Below are positions 60,401 through 64,000 of a stretch of DNA of 64,000 bases, one piece after another. A program made the translations under genes and the position numbers. A model generated the notes under the pieces. It was given only the letters and a program-made list of their open reading frames with translations, did no database searches and was not told the origin of the DNA. Positions within the stretch are counted from its first letter, which is position 1. Every line of letters begins with the position of its first letter. Source of the DNA: an uncultured candidatus Porisulfidus sp. (GTDB taxonomy: Bacteria > Pseudomonadota > Gammaproteobacteria > Poriferisulfidales > Oxydemutatoraceae); contig OZ244118.1 in the NCBI GenBank assembly GCA_965215765.1, forward strand, positions 2,484,598-2,548,597, written 5' to 3'.

Positions 60401-63400
60401 CATGGTCTGTTTGCCCAGGGTTGATCAAAAGATTCAGAACACTGTGACCACTCCCGTCCAGAGAGCCGGAAAAAGATTCAATCGGTGGAAAGCCCTTTCC
60501 GTCTCGCCACTCGTGGCTTTGCTTCGCGTCTATGTCGTTTGCCAACCGATAATGCGCTGCCGTGTCGTAACGTATTTCCTGCAACTGGCAAAGTGTGCCG
60601 ACCTGCCAGGGGTCATCCTCGCTGCCAGAGCCCGCTGCCGTTATCACCGCTGCCCATGGACACGCACCAACGTAGGTAAAAACCGGCACTGCCTCCGTTG
60701 GGCTTGCGCCCACTTTGTTTCTGGCAAACACTCTGACTTCGTACCTGGAACTATCTTTCAGACCTGAAAATTCCACTACGGCCGAACTTGACCATTCCTG
60801 TTGTGTCTTATGCCGATCTTCTTTCAACAGGCCTTTTGAAAACAGTTGCACGTGATATACGAGATCCAGAGCAATTCCGCCTGCCGACTCCCCGTACGCG
60901 TTGCTGCCCGAAACGCGTCCGTAGCCGTCATCAGCTGCCCCGACAATGGTGACCCGTATTGTCGACAGCCCTGAAGCTACCTGGGCCACCACCGCCCCCG
61001 GAACTTTCATCAAATGGAAACTTCCCGACGCTGCATCTCCCGCAACGCCCCCTTTTACGCCGCGTATGGAATAATGAATTTCACTGCCGCTGGCGTGATG
61101 CTCACGTAATTCAGCCATTAATGAGCCGCCAAGCGCGAAACGGGGTTCCTCGGTGTCTCGAATGATTCCGTCCATCTCAAGCTCATAGAAATTCACGGCA
61201 ACTCCTTGATGCTCCCACTGCAGCGTCAACCCACCTCTCGAATTCCAGTTTGCCCGGACTGCAAGCGGTGCAGCGGGAACATTCGTAAGCACCCGGAGCA
61301 CGGGCAGCATGCGGGAGTGCCCGAAATGCCAAATTCGCGTATCCCAATCCAGATACACTCTGGCTGCCCGGCAAAGATTGACGGGATCCATCGAACACTT
61401 CATTTGTTCCACAGTGCGCAAAGCGCTGCCCTGTACAGTGCCGTCATTCCCGCCCACGAGGCTGTCCACGTCACCCAGCTTGCTGGCATAGCTGCGAGCT
61501 ATCGTGCCACTGTTGACCCCGACCAGTCTGCCCGGCAAATCAGTTCCGCTTACAGCACCAGTGCTATAGGCACTTCTGACCGTACCGCTGTTTTCGCCGA
61601 CCAGACCGCCTGTCTGACTGTCTCCGGTCACTGAACCTCGTGCGTAGCTGTTACTGATGGTTCCTTTGTTTTCGCCGACCAGACCCCCAACTTGATCCTT
61701 CCCTCTCACACGTACTTCTTGACGTGTATGGCTACTCACGATCTTGGCGTTACTCTCGCTCACACCCACCAGACCGCCTGTCTGACTGTCTCCGGTCACT
61801 GCGCCTTGTGCGTAGCTGTCACTGATGCTTCCCATGTTTTTGCCGACCAGACCGCCGACTTGATCCTTCCCTCTCACACGTACTTCCTGGCGTGTATGGC
61901 TACTCACGATCCTGGCGTTGCTTTCGTTCACACCCACCAAGCCCCCAACCCCAGGGGCGGTTCCGACAACCTGATTACGCGCGTAACTGCCACTGATGGT
62001 GCCGCCAAGGTGTAAACCCACCAGACCACCCACCTGACTGTCTCCGGTCACTGCACCTTGTGCGTAGCTGTTGCTGATGCTTCCTTTGTTTTCGCCGACC
62101 AGACCGCCGACTTGATCCTTCCCACTCACACGTACTTCCTGACGTGTATGGCTATTCACGATCCTGGCGTTGCCCTCGTTCACACCCACCAAGCCTCCAA
62201 CCCCGGGGGCTGTTCCGACAACCTGGTTAAGCGCGTAACTGTCACTGATGGTGCCGCCAAGGTGCAAACCCACCAGACCGCCCACCTGACCGTCTCCGGT
62301 CACTGCGCCTTGTGCGTAGCTGTCACTGATGCTTCCTTTGTTTTCGCCGACCAGACCGCCGACTTGATCCTTCCCACGCACATGTACTTCCTGACGTGTA
62401 TGGCTGTTCACAATCCTGGCGTAGCCCCAGCTCACACCCACCAGACCACCCACCTGACTGTCTCCGGTCACTGGACCTTGTGCGTAGCTGTCACTTATGC
62501 TTCCCCTGTTTTCGCCGACAAGACCGCCGACCTGATTCTTTCCACGTACTTGCCCAAGTGTATGGCTACTCACGATCCTGGCGTTGCCCTCGCTCACACC
62601 CACCAGACCACCCACCTGACTGTTTCCGGTCACTGCGCCTTTTGCGTAGCTGTCGCTGATGCTTCCCCTGTTTTCGCCGACCAGACCGCCGACCTTGTTC
62701 TTTCCACTCGCACGTGATCCCAAATCTGTATAGCTATTCACGATCCTGGCGTTGCTCTCGCTCACACCCACCAAGCCCCCAATCCCGAGGGCTGCTCCGA
62801 CAACCTTGTTCTCCGTGTGGCTGCCACTGATGGTGCCGCCAAGGTGCCAACCCACCAGACCACCCACGTAGCCCCTCCCTGAGGTGCCGGTTCCGGTCAC
62901 ATCTCCAGTCGCATGGCTGGAAGTGACTGAACCCCTGTTTTTGCCCACCAGACCTCCGACTTGATTGCCTCCTGTTACTGCCCCAGACGCATGACTGCCT
63001 GCAATCGTGCCACCGTCATTCTGACCCACCAGACCGCCGGCAACCCATGTGACGCTAGAGTTCTCCCCAACCCTTACCGTTGACGTGCTGTTGCGGATGA
63101 CACCGCCCTGATTCAGGCCAACCAGCCCACCGATGGTTCTGTACCCGTCAACCTTGCCATCAACCTCGCTGTCCTCAATCGTTCCCCGATTGTTCAGCCC
63201 AACCAGAGAACCGACATTCACTCCGTTTTCCGTCAAAAAACCCACCAGCTTCACGCGCTTCAGCAAGCCACCCTGCAGCTCGCCAAACAGCCCTATATTC
63301 TCGAGTGCTTCGTCTGCTACGTTGACCTTCAAATTGGAAATCTTGTAACCGTTGCCATCATAAGTGCCAGAAAAACCCTTGATCGGTGCAAAACCGTTTT

Positions 63401-64000
63401 TCCAGCCATGCGTCATCGTCGTTGCGTCTATATCTTTGATCTGGATGTAGTGCGACTCGGGCGATGTTTCCATGTCGCGCAAGTGGCACAGGTTTTCTAC
63501 CTGGTAGGGATCACTTTCAGTTCCGGAACCTGCCATGGCTTGCGAACCTGCAGTACACGCGAGCTCGGGATCCATATAGGGGAATTGGCTGTTGTTGTAA
63601 TAGGTGTCTCCGTAATTGAGAATGTTGAAGGCTCTTTCGTCTGCATAAATCCCACCCATTCCATAATAGGTTGAAGTGCACGCATCACTCGGCGACATGG
63701 CACTATCAACCCCTATAATCAAGCCGGTTTTTTTATAAAATGCGGATGAGCCGGACGATCCAAACGTAGGAGAGATGCCCTTATACGTTAAATGCATACA
63801 CCCGCAAATCACCCCTTCACAGAAAGGTGAGGTGCCTTTCTTGCCTCCGAAGAGCCAGCAGATTCCACCGCTCTCGATCGCCACACTTACAAACTCAGCC
63901 AACTGCTGAGGCTTGGAGCCGGCGTGGTGTACGGTGTAACCACTGAAGGTATCGGTAGTGTGAGTCATCCACTCCAGCAATTTATAATCTCCAGATCCGG
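54411..64000 (-). CDS. Paralog F (5'-truncated by window edge): C-terminal ~3195 aa of a giant secreted S1-protease/GLUG/FN3 protein
   Basis: The ORF runs open to the window end. The track starts it at internal Met 63980, inside the protease domain. The C-terminus ...KKLRLRVFLGGMIR is identical to the other copies. Confidence 0.85.
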   Translation of the reverse strand, partial: GSGDYKLLEWMTHTTDTFSGYTVHHAGSKPQQLAEFVSVAIESGGICWLFGGKKGTSPFCEGVICGCMHLTYKGISPTFGSSGSSAFYKKTGLIIGVDSAMSPSDACTSTYYGMGGIYADERAFNILNYGDTYYNNSQFPYMDPELACTAGSQAMAGSGTESDPYQVENLCHLRDMETSPESHYIQIKDIDATTMTHGWKNGFAPIKGFSGTYDGNGYKISNLKVNVADEALENIGLFGELQGGLLKRVKLVGFLTENGVNVGSLVGLNNRGTIEDSEVDGKVDGYRTIGGLVGLNQGGVIRNSTSTVRVGENSSVTWVAGGLVGQNDGGTIAGSHASGAVTGGNQVGGLVGKNRGSVTSSHATGDVTGTGTSGRGYVGGLVGWHLGGTISGSHTENKVVGAALGIGGLVGVSESNARIVNSYTDLGSRASGKNKVGGLVGENRGSISDSYAKGAVTGNSQVGGLVGVSEGNARIVSSHTLGQVRGKNQVGGLVGENRGSISDSYAQGPVTGDSQVGGLVGVSWGYARIVNSHTRQEVHVRGKDQVGGLVGENKGSISDSYAQGAVTGDGQVGGLVGLHLGGTISDSYALNQVVGTAPGVGGLVGVNEGNARIVNSHTRQEVRVSGKDQVGGLVGENKGSISNSYAQGAVTGDSQVGGLVGLHLGGTISGSYARNQVVGTAPGVGGLVGVNESNARIVSSHTRQEVRVRGKDQVGGLVGKNMGSISDSYAQGAVTGDSQTGGLVGVSESNAKIVSSHTRQEVRVRGKDQVGGLVGENKGTISNSYARGSVTGDSQTGGLVGENSGTVRSAYSTGAVSGTDLPGRLVGVNSGTIARSYASKLGDVDSLVGGNDGTVQGSALRTVEQMKCSMDPVNLCRAARVYLDWDTRIWHFGHSRMLPVLRVLTNVPAAPLAVRANWNSRGGLTLQWEHQGVAVNFYELEMDGIIRDTEEPRFALGGSLMAELREHHASGSEIHYSIRGVKGGVAGDAASGSFHLMKVPGAVVAQVASGLSTIRVTIVGAADDGYGRVSGSNAYGESAGGIALDLVYHVQLFSKGLLKEDRHKTQQEWSSSAVVEFSGLKDSSRYEVRVFARNKVGASPTEAVPVFTYVGACPWAAVITAAGSGSEDDPWQVGTLCQLQEIRYDTAAHYRLANDIDAKQSHEWRDGKGFPPIESFSGSLDGSGHSVLNLLINPGQTDHVGLFGRLSGGALQRLALVNVTVRGRDATGALAGSIATNGSIKLSTVTGLIGGRTNVGGVAGENHGLIKLSHSESTVAGTVDFQGHGNTIGGLVGKNFWGARIRSSHARGSVSGADNVGGLVGLNQAPIYHSQAQSTVSGHHSVGGLAGYNVGFIFGSYSAGVVSGTGNVGGLVGQHGDYNSIIYSYSDSTVIGAGNGVGGLVGLSFGSIYGSHATGVVSGNERVGGLVGHNRSWLGGSYATGSVSGNERVGGLAGNSESNTSYSIRIKDSYATGLVSGNNQAGMLVGHSEDTDMVANYALEPSAGSSALELVGSRGDDTTENNFSRTLAQLQCPLLPGDTCQGAVSYSDWSTQDWYFGDRQTLPLHRALRAVPPAPPSRLQARWNQEGELELNWTAARTESLNAGYWLEVAGRSLETESASFTFGRRLVQSLRSEYRGSTLQVSVRGYNRHGMSEATTVAIKLLRAPGKLAVVWASAQAFSLRVSLMAPADDGYGQSPEDPAYGYTSVGVSAGLGYRVRLYTGGELMQEQELAHTDGETSVAVEFSGLASDSRYEVVATPYNRAGEGPPFFLPAFTLPWQCDGETLASAGGSGSEDDPWQIATLCQLQDIRSAPVAHYRLASDIEAGPSRDWRAGEGFAPIADFSGSLDGAGHQIFHLRVRSEALEDVGMFAQLRGGLLQQVVLVNAQLWGSANVGALVGRNEGGRIVNSGVTGSLFGGQVAGGLVGVNAGMISGSAAQLTTEPGGQVAGGLVGRNLVTGSIDTSYAGGSVSGAVRAGGLVADNQGSVTDSYTTAFVTGEGLVAGLVADNQGTVSRSYAAGSVSGAGRSGSFAGSSPGGITDSYAAALPRGNGANGGGMPFVANDTGQGSGSLRTLQQLRCPTAPGLACAGRSTYSGWSAEIWSFGDYRTLPVLRGFETPGKPLRLLAQWKSPSSLLLRWEPPLHTRELIAYRIEAPSIAAEETASLYYVGGSDWLQKLRASHEGGSTLFLMVRGYNLYGVGEAARVSVRLLDVPDSLTDVRVVPGVSTLRLSFTAPANDGYGRKPVDADYAASAEAMALRLAYRIRLYASGELVEERGIPLGNPLSPVTMEFTELKSVFAYRLEAFAHNTVGTGSPSTIRAVTSFPGCAGKGLKSASGDGSGDNPWQIATLCQLQDMRSDLHAHYVQVANIDASPSRGWSDGTGFHPIEPFSGTFDGAGRQISALHINRPETDTIGLFSKLAEDGVVKGVVLVDAWVKGGNSVGALVGFNYGTVMNSVVRSAQISGGRAGANIGGLAGGNGGLLVDSGASAEVDGGRYVGGLVGYVKAKGRVVGSTVRASQVRALESAGGLAGLALGAAILHSSADAAVRVSGEARDNAGGLVGYSLGSTILHCYATGSAIAVDGSRVGGLVGYSGSTIAYSYADVSVNGADRVGGLVGFNAGSVHASYALGEVRGHFSIGGLVGSNIRRIQDSYAVNSVDGESGSTGSLAGYSAPDAVIDRSYAPVSAQAALVGNGSTDGSLPRTLAQLRCPTAAGQRCAGATTYAGWEPGAWHFGNTRTLPLLRALADIPAAPVDLAVSWESPDHLRFTWAAGSPAVDSYELELAGTIREVTAPTFDFNGDFLAEFRKNRQGACPHPYRLRAVRGDIAGYPAAGHFYLPGLPGATTITDLVPGQTTARLVLAIMGRDDCAPLAGDALASSSDRVAASGFGYVVVVSAAGRSTETFFSAGAFDTEIEITDLLPKRSYSLQVYARNRAGAGEPAQASENRSAFSTIAVPGRPSGLRARWKSADRVNLSWEAASSNGATIDSYQLSVDGKSHPVVGTGTSYVLSGHVLVQLRKKHTGGEQIRYSLRAVNRAGTGAMSTAAFTLLDVLEGTLAMQLMHKANGRVQVHLQYSGNDGYGRTADHADFGAPVDGILLGLGYRVQLISYGELIEEQSVAMPTPGGAVRTEFTGLQGGVAYEVRAFPRDSVAELPGVSQFINWDPEIPTTPRPGPHHVKKLRLRVFLGGMIR
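61500..62750 (-). repeat. Intragenic GLUG-motif repeat block 1 of paralog F
   Basis: Periodic coding repeats. Bounds are approximate. Confidence 0.45.

Noticed and set aside
1-64000. Diversity-generating retroelement or invertase (shufflon)-type variation system
   Set aside because: No reverse transcriptase, template/variable-repeat pair, recombinase or inverted-repeat sites are present in the window. The variation seen is consistent with homologous recombination or gene conversion among tandem copies.

Overview
The window is filled by a head-to-tail tandem array of six paralogous giant genes, all on the minus strand. Four are complete (5223..15401, 16310..26659, 28490..39142, 41843..52558; 3392, 3449, 3550 and 3571 aa). 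Two run off the window edges (<1..3593 and 54411..>64000). Each encodes a large secreted multidomain protein. The domains, in order, are: a Sec-type signal peptide; a pro-region; a trypsin-like (S1) serine-protease domain with His/Asp/Ser motifs TAFH, DWxIVRL and GASGSS; and then four modules. Each module has a DPWQIATLCQLQ-type linker, a block of GLUG-motif repeats (GGLVGxNxGxIxxSYAxGxVxG, about 26 aa per unit) and FN3-like domains (YEVRVFARNKAG). The intergenic regions (0.9-2.7 kb) share one architecture. (i) A 186-bp unit directly follows each stop codon and is present in 4, 2, 1, 1 and 1 copies. (ii) An AT-rich segment carries a strictly conserved sigma70-like promoter, TTGCCG-N17-TA(C/T)AAT, about 190 nt upstream of the start codon. 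(iii) Between the promoter and the real start codon there are 0 to 5 extra tandem copies of a ~377-bp promoter-less module. Each module contains ~150 nt of 5'UTR, the ATG, the signal peptide and about the first 70 codons, and each ends in a stop codon (an 80-81 aa mini-ORF). Differences between paralogs are concentrated in the protease domain. The rest of each gene is near-identical but mosaic, which suggests gene conversion. The number of GLUG repeat units also differs between copies. No rRNA, tRNA, CRISPR, transposase or recombinase gene is visible. All plus-strand ORFs in the track are antisense artefacts of the GC-rich repetitive coding DNA. No Shine-Dalgarno sequence precedes the starts, so translation initiation is probably SD-independent; the phylum cannot be determined from this sequence.
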